A stretch of 64,000 bases of DNA, from assembly GCA_041659685.1 (NCBI GenBank), contig JBAZXV010000004.1, forward strand, positions 70,355-134,354. The letters run 5' to 3'. This DNA comes from Parcubacteria group bacterium (GTDB lineage: Bacteria; Patescibacteriota; Minisyncoccia; Moranbacterales; UBA11712). The notes beneath the pieces are model-generated. The model was not told the DNA's origin and searched no databases. It was given only the letters and a program-made list of their open reading frames with translations. This document shows, in pieces, positions 1 through 8,744 of the stretch; positions within the stretch are counted from its first letter, which is position 1, and every line of letters starts with the position of its first letter. The translations under genes were made by a program, and so were the position numbers.

Positions 1-642
1 GATGATGAAGCGGCGAAACCGATTTTGGATCTTATTGCCGCTCTTGATGAAAAAATTCCGGATCCGGTTCGTGATGTGGATAAGCCATTTATGATGCCTA
101 TCGAAGATATTTTTTCCATTGAAGGCCGTGGAACAGTGGTGACTGGAAGAATCGAAAGAGGAGTAGTAAATATCAACGAGGAAGTTGAAATTGTTGGAAT
201 CAGACCGACAACCAAAACTATTGTCACGGGAATTGAAATGTTTAACAAGACCCTTGATAAAGGCCAGGCTGGCGACAACGCCGGAGTCCTTCTTCGCGGA
301 ACAAAAAAAGAAGATGTGGAAAGAGGACAAGTTCTCGCAAAACCCGGATCAATCACTCCTCACACCGAATTTGAAGGGGAAATTTATATTCTCACCAAAG
401 AAGAAGGCGGAAGACACACCCCGTTTTTCAAAGGATACAAGCCGCAGTTTTATATCCGAACGACCGATGTTACCGGCGACGTTACTATTCCGGAAGGAAC
501 AGAAATGGTTATGCCTGGTGACACTGTCAATCTCGGCGTAAAACTTATGGCACCTGTAGCCATGGAAGAAGGAATGAGATTTGCGATCCGTGAAGGCGGA
601 AAAACAGTCGGAGCTGGAGTCGTCACAAAAATCGTTAAGTAA
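1..642 (+). CDS. tuf: Elongation factor Tu, C-terminal part (5' end outside window)
   Basis: Frame-1 translation from nt 1 gives the EF-Tu domain II/III sequence (…[18 protein letters not shown]…[17 protein letters not shown]). It sits directly upstream of rpsJ, as in the str/S10 region. Confidence 0.95.
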   Translation, partial: DDEAAKPILDLIAALDEKIPDPVRDVDKPFMMPIEDIFSIEGRGTVVTGRIERGVVNINEEVEIVGIRPTTKTIVTGIEMFNKTLDKGQAGDNAGVLLRGTKKEDVERGQVLAKPGSITPHTEFEGEIYILTKEEGGRHTPFFKGYKPQFYIRTTDVTGDVTIPEGTEMVMPGDTVNLGVKLMAPVAMEEGMRFAIREGGKTVGAGVVTKIVK

Positions 643-739
643 CATTGGACATTCAACGCGCCCGGTGCCTGGCATTCTTCACGCACTGCGCTGGATTTGG
701 ATGTTTCGAAGGTTGAATTATTTAAAAATTTTAATATTC

Positions 740-806
740 ACCCCCACACCAATCTTAGTCATTTTCAGGCGGGAAAAATCAATTTGATTAGGATTGGCGT
801 GGGGGT
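740..806 (+). promoter_or_regulatory. S10-operon leader hairpin (15-bp stem, one mismatch, ~37-nt loop)
   Basis: ACCCCCACACCAATC (740-754) pairs with GATTGGCGTGGGGGT (792-806) at 14 of 15 positions. It ends ~15 nt before the rpsJ ATG. Confidence 0.35.
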
Positions 807-820
807 ATACCAAATTTCAG

Positions 821-1159
821 ATGGCAACAAAGAAGCAGCAACCAGAAGAAGAGGCGAAGCCCAGGATCAGGATAAAGATCAAGGCTTACGATCATAAGGT
901 TATTGATCGCAGCGCGCGCCAAATTGTGGAAACGGCAGAGCGAACGGGAGCGGAGATTTCCGGACCGGTGCCTTTGCCGACTCAGATTCGCAAATACACG
1001 GTGAACAAATCAACCTTCGTTCACAAGGACAGTCGTGACCAGTACGAGATGAGAATCCATAAAAGACTGATTGATATTTTCAGTCCCAATGCGAAAACCA
1101 TCGATAGTTTAACCAATCTTGATCTTCCTGCAGGTGTGGACATTGAAATCAAGATGTAG
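821..1159 (+). CDS. rpsJ: 30S ribosomal protein S10
   Basis: Conserved S10 sequence ([15 protein letters not shown]…[11 protein letters not shown]). ATG at 821 is preferred over the TTG at 794 used by the ORF track. Confidence 0.95.
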   Translation: MATKKQQPEEEAKPRIRIKIKAYDHKVIDRSARQIVETAERTGAEISGPVPLPTQIRKYTVNKSTFVHKDSRDQYEMRIHKRLIDIFSPNAKTIDSLTNLDLPAGVDIEIKM

Positions 1160-1194
1160 TATGCTAATTTTCGCGGATGAAAAAACGAATTAAC

Positions 1195-1222
1195 GCGAAT
1201 AATTTTATTCAAATACATTCGC
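1195..1222 (+). repeat. GCGAAT/ATTCGC stem-loop, copy 1 (loop AATTTTATTCAAATAC)
   Basis: A 6-bp stem GCGAAT…ATTCGC around a 16-nt loop. It is nearly identical to the element at 12032-12057 (stem GCGAAT…ATTCGT, loop AATTATTCAAATTA). Confidence 0.4.
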
Positions 1223-1368
1223 TTGAGCATTTGCGAGCATTCGCATGCAGAACTAGTTAAAGTCCCGCTTAGCGGGATACTAAGCTAGCCTTAAAATCCC
1301 CTTTGGGTTTTAGCTGGTTTGAAGCCAGTTTTTTATTTGATAATTTAAGGTGAAAAACGGAAGCGAGT

Positions 1369-1938
1369 ATGGCCAAGTTTATATTCGGAAAAAAGCTCGG
1401 AATGAGCACTATATATGATGAAAAGCAAGGGGCGCTGAATGTCACCCTGGTTCAGTGTGATCCAAATACGGTGTCTCAGGTCAGAACCGCTGAGAAAGAC
1501 GGATACGAAGCAGTTCAGGCCGGACTGCCGAATCCCAAAGCCAAGGGAAAATTTTCAAAGATAAGAGAATTTAAGAGCGAAATTAAAGACATTAAAGCCG
1601 GTGACGAGCTCAATATTGATCAGTTTGAAATCGGGAATAAAGTGAAGGTCTCCGGAATCACCAAGGCCAAGGGATTTCAGGGAGTGGTAAAGCGCCACGG
1701 TTTCAAGGGATCTCCAAAATCTCACGGTCACAAGCATGACCTTCGCGCACCAGGTTCAATTGGAGCGACTTACCCCGAGCATGTCATCAAAGGAAAAAGA
1801 ATGGCCGGACGGATGGGGGGAAAAAGAGCTTCCTCTGTTAATTTAAAAATAGTGGATATCGATAAAGATAATAATATTTTATTTCTCAAGGGAGCTGTTC
1901 CGGGAGTAAGGGGAAGAATTGTCGAGATAACGGCATAA
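1369..1938 (+). CDS. rplC: 50S ribosomal protein L3
   Basis: L3 family sequence (MAKFIFGKKLGMSTIYDE…GKRMAGRMGG…). Position after rpsJ. Confidence 0.95.
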   Translation: MAKFIFGKKLGMSTIYDEKQGALNVTLVQCDPNTVSQVRTAEKDGYEAVQAGLPNPKAKGKFSKIREFKSEIKDIKAGDELNIDQFEIGNKVKVSGITKAKGFQGVVKRHGFKGSPKSHGHKHDLRAPGSIGATYPEHVIKGKRMAGRMGGKRASSVNLKIVDIDKDNNILFLKGAVPGVRGRIVEITA

Positions 1939-1957
1939 TTTTTCCGAAAACTATCTT

Positions 1958-2602
1958 ATGATCAAGTTTCCAGTATACAATCTAGAGGGCAAAAAAGTTA
2001 AGGAGATCGAACTGGCCGACTCTGTTTTTGCAGTTTCGAAAAATGACGCGCTTCTTCACCAGATATATGTTTCGCAATATGCTAATCGCCGGCAGGTTCT
2101 TGCTCACACAAAGGATCGGGCGGAAAGAGCCGGTTCGGGAAAGAAGCCCTGGAAGCAGAAGGGTACGGGACGGGCAAGAGTGGGTTCGGTTCGGACTCCT
2201 GTATGGAGAAAGGGAGGAATTGTTTTTGGTCCGAACAAAGAAAGAAATTTCAAAAAAGATGTTCCGAAAAAAATGAAAAGAAAAGCTCTCTCCGTAGTGC
2301 TGTCGGAAAAAGTAAAGGATAAGGAAATGTTTTTGTTTGAAAATTTCAAGATGAAAGAGATCAAGACGAAATTCGCGAAACAGGCGATTGACAGTTTAAA
2401 TATCAAGGGGAGCATACTTTTTGGATTCAGTAAAAGCGAAAAAGAGATGAAAAGAGCGAGTCGGAATATTGTGAAAACAAGCAATATTGACGTCGAAAAT
2501 CTGAATGTTTTTGATATATTGAATCATAAGTACCTCGTGATGAGCGAAGAGGGAGTAAAAACTTTGGAAAATAGTTTTAAGCCGGGTAAAAATAAGAATT
2601 AA
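1958..2602 (+). CDS. rplD: 50S ribosomal protein L4
   Basis: L4 family (…QIYVSQYANRRQVLAHTKDRAERAGSGKKPWKQKGTGRAR…). Operon order. Confidence 0.93.
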   Translation: MIKFPVYNLEGKKVKEIELADSVFAVSKNDALLHQIYVSQYANRRQVLAHTKDRAERAGSGKKPWKQKGTGRARVGSVRTPVWRKGGIVFGPNKERNFKKDVPKKMKRKALSVVLSEKVKDKEMFLFENFKMKEIKTKFAKQAIDSLNIKGSILFGFSKSEKEMKRASRNIVKTSNIDVENLNVFDILNHKYLVMSEEGVKTLENSFKPGKNKN

Positions 2603-2622
2603 TCCGCATTTCAAAGTGCGAA

Positions 2623-3114
2623 TTGAAATTTCGAAAAAAAATGGGAATTTTTGATAAGATAATCGGAAAAAAAGAAGAAGAGAAAGCGGTTGAAAAGCCG
2701 AAGAAGGCTGTTGCGGACAAGCCTGCGAAAGTTAAGGAAGAGAAGAAGGAAAAGCCGGTTCAGAAAAAAACGCCGGAAAAACCGAAGGCAGTCAAACCGT
2801 CAGGAAAGAAAAAAGTAAAAAAAGAGGATAACTTCGCCCACGAAATTATTTTAGAGCAAATCATTTCGGAGAAATCAACGGCGCTTGGCGTTCAGAACAA
2901 ATATGTTTTTAGGGTTAGAAAAGACGCCGGCAAGCACCAGATTAAGGAAGCGATTGAAGGATATTATGCCGTAACAGTAGTCGGGGTAAACACGATTAAA
3001 ATCAGCCCCAAAAAGAGAATTGTCGGCAGAACGATCGGATATAAGAAGGGATTCAAGAAAGCGATAATAACTCTTCAAGCGGGCGATACGATCGCGGCGG
3101 CGGAAGGGGTTTAA
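2623..3114 (+). CDS. rplW: 50S ribosomal protein L23 with a ~70-aa lysine/glutamate-rich N-terminal extension
   Basis: The C-terminal 95 aa are canonical L23 (…YVFRVRKDAGKHQIKEAIEGYYAVTVVGVNTI…). The N-terminus is KEKP-rich low complexity. Confidence 0.9.
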   Translation: MKFRKKMGIFDKIIGKKEEEKAVEKPKKAVADKPAKVKEEKKEKPVQKKTPEKPKAVKPSGKKKVKKEDNFAHEIILEQIISEKSTALGVQNKYVFRVRKDAGKHQIKEAIEGYYAVTVVGVNTIKISPKKRIVGRTIGYKKGFKKAIITLQAGDTIAAAEGV

Positions 3115-3174
3115 TAACAAATAACATAAGCGTAAGAAAATTGTCGCTCTGCGGCAACAATTATCGATAATAAT

Positions 3175-3996
3175 ATGCCAGTTAAGATATATAAAAAAAC
3201 TACTCCCGGACGCAGGCAGATGTCGGTCAATAAGCTGGAAGAAAAATTCGGAAAACCGGAGAAAAGTTTGACATATTTCATAAAGAGAGATAAAGGCCGC
3301 TCGGGCGGAAAAATTTCAGTTCGCCACAAGGGAGGCGGTCACAAGCGCCTGTATAGAGAGATTGATTTCAAGATGGATAAAATCGGCGTTCCGGCTGTTG
3401 TCGACAGAATTGAAAGGGATCCCAACCGCAGTGCCTGGATTGCGCTTATCAAATATGCCGATGGAGAGAAAAGATATATTATCGCCACCGAAGGACTGGT
3501 TGCGGGAAAAAAGATTCTGACAAGCGAAAAGGCTGATATTCAAAGAGGAAATCGGGCAATACTGAGGAATATTCCAGTTGGAACCCAAGTTTCCATGGTT
3601 GAAATGTCTCCTGGAAAAGGCGCCCAGCTTGCGAGAAGCGCGGGAACATCGGTGACAATCATGTCTCTTGAGGCAAATAAAGTTCAACTCAAGCTTTCAT
3701 CCGGTGAAATAAGATTGGCAAGCGGAAATTGTTGGGCCACAATCGGACAGGTGAGTAATTATCTCCATAATACAGTAATGATAGGGAAAGCCGGGCGGTC
3801 TCGCTGGCTTGGAATCAGGCCTACGGTTCGAGGGTCAGCCATGAATCCCGTTGATCATCCGCACGGAGGAGGAGAAGGCAGGCAGGGAATCGGTCTTAAG
3901 CATCCGAAAACTCCGTGGGGGAAGCCGGCTCTTGGCAAAAAGACCAGAAAAAAGTATAAGTATAGCAATAAGTTTATTCTCAAGAGAAGAAAGTAG
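3175..3996 (+). CDS. rplB: 50S ribosomal protein L2
   Basis: L2 signature (…GRSGGKISVRHKGGGHKRLYR…HPHGGGEGR…). Confidence 0.96.
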   Translation: MPVKIYKKTTPGRRQMSVNKLEEKFGKPEKSLTYFIKRDKGRSGGKISVRHKGGGHKRLYREIDFKMDKIGVPAVVDRIERDPNRSAWIALIKYADGEKRYIIATEGLVAGKKILTSEKADIQRGNRAILRNIPVGTQVSMVEMSPGKGAQLARSAGTSVTIMSLEANKVQLKLSSGEIRLASGNCWATIGQVSNYLHNTVMIGKAGRSRWLGIRPTVRGSAMNPVDHPHGGGEGRQGIGLKHPKTPWGKPALGKKTRKKYKYSNKFILKRRK

Positions 3997-4017
3997 AATT
4001 ATTAACATATTATCTGT

Positions 4018-4353
4018 ATGGCGCGGAGTTTAAAAAAAGGTCCTTACGTGGACGAAAGGTTAATCAAAAAAATTCAGGACAAAAAGCCGGGCGACAAGTC
4101 GGTTATTAAAACTTGGTCAAGAAGCTCGACGACTACGCCTGAAATGGTTGGTTTCACCTTCGGTGTCCATAACGGCAAGGATTTTATTTCTGTTTTTATT
4201 ACCGAGGAAATGATCGGACACAAACTGGGAGAATTTTCGCCGACCCGGAAATTCGTCCGGCATGGCGGGAAGATGCAAAAGGAGCAGGAAGCGGCGGCGG
4301 TCCAAAGAGAATCTGGTGCGTCAAAAACGGCCGTTGCGGGAGGCAAAAAATAA
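4018..4353 (+). CDS. rpsS: 30S ribosomal protein S19 with a short C-terminal extension
   Basis: S19 core ([15 protein letters not shown]…[13 protein letters not shown]). Confidence 0.95.
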   Translation: MARSLKKGPYVDERLIKKIQDKKPGDKSVIKTWSRSSTTTPEMVGFTFGVHNGKDFISVFITEEMIGHKLGEFSPTRKFVRHGGKMQKEQEAAAVQRESGASKTAVAGGKK

Positions 4354-4391
4354 GGGATCGGAACTAATTTTATTTAGATAATTGACCAACA

Positions 4392-4943
4392 ATGCAAGTT
4401 TCAGCCAAGTTAAACAATTACAGAAAGTCGCCGAGAAAAGTCCGTCTTGTGGCAGGGATGCTTAAGGGGCTTTCGGTGAAAGATGCTCAGAATCAACTGA
4501 AGTTCACTATCAAGGGTTCGGCGCCGAGTTTTGAAAAATTACTGAAAAGCGCTGTTGCCAATGCCGAGAATAATTTTGGTTTGGATAAGGATAATTTATT
4601 TGTAAAGGATGTCATGGTGAACGAAGGCTCTAAGCTGAAAAGATGGCTGCCGAGAGCTCACGGACGGGCAAGTCTGATCCTGAAAAGAACAAGTTATATT
4701 GAAATTACGCTTGAGGAGATTGTTGAGGGAAAAGGGAGAAAAAAAGTAAAAAAGCAGGAAATAAAGGAAATAAAGGAAGCAACCGGCAAGCCGAAAAAAG
4801 AGAAGAAAGAGACAGAAGAGACAAAGGAAGAAAAAAAAGACATAGTAAAAGAAAGAGTTGACAAAGAATTCAGGGATGATAGAAAAAAAGCGGAAGAATC
4901 AAAGGGATTTTTAAAGAAAGTGTTTAGAAGAAAGAGTATGTAA
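4392..4943 (+). CDS. rplV: 50S ribosomal protein L22 with a ~70-aa KE-rich C-terminal extension
   Basis: L22 core (…RKVRLVAGMLKGLSVKDAQNQLKF…RAHGRASLILKRTSYIEITL), then EKKEIKE low-complexity sequence. Confidence 0.92.
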   Translation: MQVSAKLNNYRKSPRKVRLVAGMLKGLSVKDAQNQLKFTIKGSAPSFEKLLKSAVANAENNFGLDKDNLFVKDVMVNEGSKLKRWLPRAHGRASLILKRTSYIEITLEEIVEGKGRKKVKKQEIKEIKEATGKPKKEKKETEETKEEKKDIVKERVDKEFRDDRKKAEESKGFLKKVFRRKSM

Positions 4944-5012
4944 TTTGAAATGAGCAAAGGGCGATGAACAAAGATTGAAATATTGTTCATTGTTCATTGA
5001 TCACTGATAACA

Positions 5013-5654
5013 ATGGGACAGAAAGTAAATCCACGCGGGCTTCGAATCGGAATAACAAACACATGGAGGTCAAGGTGGTTCAGTAAAAAAGAATATGCCA
5101 AACAGCTTCGGGAAGATATCAGAATTCGCCGGATGGTCGAAGAGCGTCTTCGCAATGCGGCAGTCGGAGGAGTGGACATTGAAAGATCATCGGGTATGGT
5201 GAAGATAATCGTAAAAACGGCTCGTCCCGGAATTATTATCGGAAGAGGCGGAACCGGCATTGAAGACCTCAAAAAATCCATCAAAGACAAATTTTTCAAA
5301 AGCAAGAAAACGGAACTGAGAGTTGAGGTTGAGGAAATAAAGAATAGCGAAGAAAACGCCCAAGTGGTGGCTCGGAACGTAGCTGAACAGCTTGAAAGAA
5401 GAATTCCCTTTAGAAGAATCTTAAAGGGGATACTGGATCAGGCTATGGAAGCCCACCGGATCAAGGGAATAAAGATTGAGATATCAGGAAGGCTTGGCGG
5501 GGCGGATATGTCGAGGCGGGAATGGCTGTCCAGAGGAACGCTTCCTCTTCACACGCTGAGAGCGGACATAGATTTTGCCAAGGCGATAGCCCAGACGACT
5601 TTCGGAGTAATTGGAATTAAGGTTTGGATATATAGAGGAGAAAAATTTGAATAA
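5013..5654 (+). CDS. rpsC: 30S ribosomal protein S3
   Basis: S3 N-terminus MGQKVNPRGLRIG… with KH and S3-C domains. Confidence 0.96.
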   Translation: MGQKVNPRGLRIGITNTWRSRWFSKKEYAKQLREDIRIRRMVEERLRNAAVGGVDIERSSGMVKIIVKTARPGIIIGRGGTGIEDLKKSIKDKFFKSKKTELRVEVEEIKNSEENAQVVARNVAEQLERRIPFRRILKGILDQAMEAHRIKGIKIEISGRLGGADMSRREWLSRGTLPLHTLRADIDFAKAIAQTTFGVIGIKVWIYRGEKFE

Positions 5655-5753
5655 TGCAAATAGTCGCGAATGATAAGAACGAATGGATGCAAATGAATTA
5701 TTTGGATGCATTCGGAAAAAAATCCGCGATAATTCGCATGATATAAAGAAGTT

Positions 5754-6161
5754 ATGTTAATGCCCAAGAAAGTAAAACATAGAAAGCACCAGCGAGGCGG
5801 AAAAATACCGAATAAAGCCAAGAAAGGGACGGAAGTCAGTTTTGGAAGCATCGGTCTCAAGTCGCTGGAAGCGGGGCTTATTTCCTCAAGGCAAATTGAG
5901 GCGGCCAGACGCGCAATGACAAGATATGTGCAGAGGGGCGGAAAAATATGGATAAGAATTTTCCCCGATAAACCGATGACAAAGAAAGGAGACGAAACTC
6001 CGATGGGAAAAGGCAAGGGAAGCGTAGATCATTTTGTGGCGGTGGTAAGGCCCGGAAGAATAATTTTCGAGATGGACGGGGTTACTAATTCCATTGCCAG
6101 GCAGGCATTGAAGCTTGCGTCGGACAAGTTAAGCGTTAAAACGAGGATAGAAGAAAGATAA
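5754..6161 (+). CDS. rplP: 50S ribosomal protein L16 (the second ATG at 5760 may be the true start)
   Basis: L16 family (…KHRKHQRGG…[44 protein letters not shown]…). Confidence 0.94.
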   Translation: MLMPKKVKHRKHQRGGKIPNKAKKGTEVSFGSIGLKSLEAGLISSRQIEAARRAMTRYVQRGGKIWIRIFPDKPMTKKGDETPMGKGKGSVDHFVAVVRPGRIIFEMDGVTNSIARQALKLASDKLSVKTRIEER

Positions 6162-6198
6162 ATTTCGGAAAAAGATTTTTACATGAATATTTCAATAT

Positions 6199-6396
6199 AT
6201 GAAAATCAAGGAAATTAAAGGAAAAAATGACAACGAACTCAGAAAAGACCTCAGCGATCTTCGCAATAAGGAGACTAAGATGAGGCTCGATATTTCAGGA
6301 AAGCAGATGAAAAACCACCGTGAAATACGGGAGATTAAAAAAGGGATTGCCCGGATCATGACGGTTTTATCGAAAAGAAAAGGACAGAATAAATAA
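6199..6396 (+). CDS. rpmC: 50S ribosomal protein L29
   Basis: 65 aa; MKIKEIKGKNDNELRKDLSDLRNKETKMRL… helical L29 pattern. Position between L16 and S17. Confidence 0.9.
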   Translation: MKIKEIKGKNDNELRKDLSDLRNKETKMRLDISGKQMKNHREIREIKKGIARIMTVLSKRKGQNK

Positions 6397-6411
6397 TGTA
6401 AGATCAATTTA

Positions 6412-6669
6412 ATGGAAAAGAATGACCAAAAATCCAATAAAGCCAAGAGAGTTATGACAGGAACTGTGGTAAGCGACAAGATGGAAAAAACTGCGGTAGT
6501 GGCAGTTAATATTTTCAAAACCCACCCCAAATATCTCAAGAAATACCTGGCCACGAAGAGATACAAGGCTCATGATAGTGAAAATCGTTTCAAAGTGGGG
6601 GATAAGGTCAAGATAGTGGAGACAAAACCCATGAGCAAAGGCAAAAAATGGCAAGTGATATACGAATAA
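6412..6669 (+). CDS. rpsQ: 30S ribosomal protein S17
   Basis: S17 OB-fold sequence (…RVMTGTVVSDKMEKTAVVAV…KAHDSENRFKVGDKVKIVETKPMSK…). Confidence 0.93.
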   Translation: MEKNDQKSNKAKRVMTGTVVSDKMEKTAVVAVNIFKTHPKYLKKYLATKRYKAHDSENRFKVGDKVKIVETKPMSKGKKWQVIYE

Positions 6670-6685
6670 TTAGCAACAGAAAGTT

Positions 6686-7051
6686 ATGATTCAAGCTGAG
6701 ACAAAATTGAGAGTTGCGGACAATACCGGCGCAAAAATGGTTAAGTGCTTCAAGGTTCTTGGTGGAACGCGCAGGCGTTATGCCCAGATCGGGGATGTTA
6801 TTGTGGCTTCCGTAAAAGAGGCCGAACCGCGCGGAATGGTCAAGAAAAAAGCGGTTGTTAAGGCTGTGATTGTCAGGCAAAAAAAAGCTTTGCGAAGAAA
6901 AGATGGTTCTTATATTCGATTTGATGACAATGCGGTTGTGATAGTTGACGGAATGGAGCCGAAAGGAACAAGAATATTCGGGCCAATAGCGAGGGAAATA
7001 AGAGATAAAGGATATATGAAGATTATATCTCTGGCTCCGGAAGTTTGGTAA
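6686..7051 (+). CDS. rplN: 50S ribosomal protein L14
   Basis: [17 protein letters not shown]…; highly conserved L14. Confidence 0.96.
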   Translation: MIQAETKLRVADNTGAKMVKCFKVLGGTRRRYAQIGDVIVASVKEAEPRGMVKKKAVVKAVIVRQKKALRRKDGSYIRFDDNAVVIVDGMEPKGTRIFGPIAREIRDKGYMKIISLAPEVW

Positions 7052-7107
7052 TCGCTTATTGATGCCGTCGGTGAATTCCGAAGGCGCGGCAAGAATAATG
7101 AAAAACT

Positions 7108-7413
7108 ATGAAAATTAGAAAAAACGACCAAGTTAAAATTTTATCGGGAAAGGACCGGGGAAAAACCGGCAAGGTGTTGCGTGTTTTTCCGGACGACGGC
7201 AGGATTATCGTTGAAGGGCTTAATCTGGTCAAAAAACATTCTCGTCCCCGAAAACAGGGAGAAAAAGGCCAGAGAGTAACCATTCCGGCTTCGATTAATG
7301 CTTCAAATCTCATGCTGGTTTGTCCGAAGTGTTCCAAATCGTCACGGGTAGGATTTAAAATAAGCGGAAAAAATAAGTTTCGCGTTTGTAAAAAATGTCA
7401 GAGCGAAATCTAA
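7108..7413 (+). CDS. rplX: 50S ribosomal protein L24 with a C-terminal CxxC…CxxC zinc-ribbon extension
   Basis: KOW domain (KIRKNDQVKILSGKDRGKTGKVLRV) plus the C-terminal tail …VCPKCSKSSRVGFKISGKNKFRVCKKCQSEI. Confidence 0.92.
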   Translation: MKIRKNDQVKILSGKDRGKTGKVLRVFPDDGRIIVEGLNLVKKHSRPRKQGEKGQRVTIPASINASNLMLVCPKCSKSSRVGFKISGKNKFRVCKKCQSEI

Positions 7414-7418
7414 TACAT

Positions 7419-7961
7419 ATGAATAATTTACTGAAAAAATATAATAAGGAAGTCGTTCCCAAGTTCAAGGAAAAATTTGAGGAAAGAAATATTTTGTCGA
7501 TCCCGCGAATTTCCAAAGTCGTCCTCAATTGCGGACTTGGAAAATATCTTAAGGAAAAAGAAGCAGTTGACGAAATTGTTCAGGGACTTCGGGATATTTC
7601 CGGACAGATGCCTGTCCTTACCAAGGCTAAGAAGTCGATTTCCGGATTCAAAATTCGCCAGGGACAGGAAGTGGGGGTTGTTGTGACTCTTCGCGGAGAA
7701 AGAATGTGGAGTTTTCTGGACAGGCTTATCAGTTCTGCCCTCCCCCGAATCAGGGACTTCCGAGGAATTGATCCGAAGAATTTCGATAAAACCGGAAATT
7801 TGAATCTGGCAGTCAAAGAACATACTGTGTTTCCGGAAATCATGGCGGAAAATGCAAAGAATATTTTCAGTTTTCAAGTTACGGTTGTTACGACGGCAAA
7901 AAAGAGAGAAGAGGGGATAGAAATAATTAAGATGTTGAGATTTCCTATTAAAAGCGAATAA
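7419..7961 (+). CDS. rplE: 50S ribosomal protein L5
   Basis: [20 protein letters not shown]… matches the L5 N-terminus. The ATG at 7419, just after the L24 stop, is preferred over the overlapping ATG at 7395. Confidence 0.93.
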   Translation: MNNLLKKYNKEVVPKFKEKFEERNILSIPRISKVVLNCGLGKYLKEKEAVDEIVQGLRDISGQMPVLTKAKKSISGFKIRQGQEVGVVVTLRGERMWSFLDRLISSALPRIRDFRGIDPKNFDKTGNLNLAVKEHTVFPEIMAENAKNIFSFQVTVVTTAKKREEGIEIIKMLRFPIKSE

Positions 7962-7972
7962 TTAAAAGAATT

Positions 7973-8158
7973 ATGGCAAAAACATCAGTTCGGGCCAGGG
8001 CTCAAAAAAAACCGAAGTTTTCCACACGTATTGTCCGGCGTTGCTGGAAATGCGGAAGAAAACGCGGATATATGCGTGATTTTGAGCTGTGCCGCATTTG
8101 TTTTCGGGAACTGGCGAGCAACGGAGAAATTCCCGGAGTAAAGAAATCAAGCTGGTAA
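7973..8158 (+). CDS. rpsN: 30S ribosomal protein S14, zinc-binding type Z (61 aa)
   Basis: …[24 protein letters not shown]…; C4 zinc-ribbon S14. Confidence 0.93.
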   Translation: MAKTSVRARAQKKPKFSTRIVRRCWKCGRKRGYMRDFELCRICFRELASNGEIPGVKKSSW

Positions 8159-8261
8159 ATGTTATTAGAACGCGCGAATGCAGTTAGTCAGGCGCAAAAA
8201 ACATCAACGAATTTGTAAATAGCAGATTAGCATAAAATTAGTATATTATCATTACATCATT

Positions 8262-8666
8262 ATGTTGGACCCAATTAGCGATATGTTGACCAGAATAAGA
8301 AATGCCTCGAGAGCCGGCCATCCGGAAGTCTCTATGCCGTCCTCAAAATTCAAGACGGCTATTGCTGAAATACTGCTCAAGAAAAGGTTTATTGAGAAAT
8401 TTGCAGTGGAAGAAAACGAAGGGAAAAAGCAGTTGCGGATATCTTTAAGGTATATCCGTGATGAGAAGGGACGGAAGCAGTCGTTCGTTCAGGAATTAAG
8501 AAGGGTCAGCCGGGAAGGTCAAAGGATATACACGAAAAAAGGAAAAATTCAAAGTGTGAAAAACGGGTTTGGTTTTTCAATTGTTTCAACCTCTAAGGGC
8601 ATGATGACCGACAAAGAAGCCCGAAGATCAGGTGTTGGCGGAGAAGTTATTTGCGAAGTTTGGTAA
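8262..8666 (+). CDS. rpsH: 30S ribosomal protein S8
   Basis: MLDPISDMLTRIRNA…; conserved S8. Confidence 0.95.
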   Translation: MLDPISDMLTRIRNASRAGHPEVSMPSSKFKTAIAEILLKKRFIEKFAVEENEGKKQLRISLRYIRDEKGRKQSFVQELRRVSREGQRIYTKKGKIQSVKNGFGFSIVSTSKGMMTDKEARRSGVGGEVICEVW

Positions 8667-8680
8667 ATAATCGCGTAGCA

Positions 8681-8733
8681 CATAAAGCATAACGCATAAC
8701 AAGCCATTTTGCGTTACGAGCTATGAGTTACGA
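8681..8733 (+). repeat. CATAACGCATAAC-family imperfect hairpin repeat, copy 1 (others at 14139-14206 and 62581-62662)
   Basis: CATAAAGCATAACGCATAAC followed by a partially complementary GCGTTACGAGCTATGAGTTACGA. The same CATAACGCATAACGC core occurs three times in the window, each just 3' of a gene. Confidence 0.45.
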
Positions 8734-8744
8734 TTTACATGAAA

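Noticed and set aside
185-686. Several 78-118-aa ORFs on both strands inside tuf, and similar shadow ORFs inside r-protein genes (e.g. 2104-2484, 3316-3687, 8766-9170, 9920-10216)
   Set aside because: They overlap highly conserved ribosomal or EF-Tu coding frames and are out-of-frame or antisense spurious ORFs.
794-820. TTG/GTG-extended N-termini proposed by the ORF track (rpsJ 794, GT2 13380, galT 14204, hydA 22112, 61095)
   Set aside because: Downstream ATGs with Shine-Dalgarno spacing and homologous N-termini are more plausible, so the extensions were trimmed.
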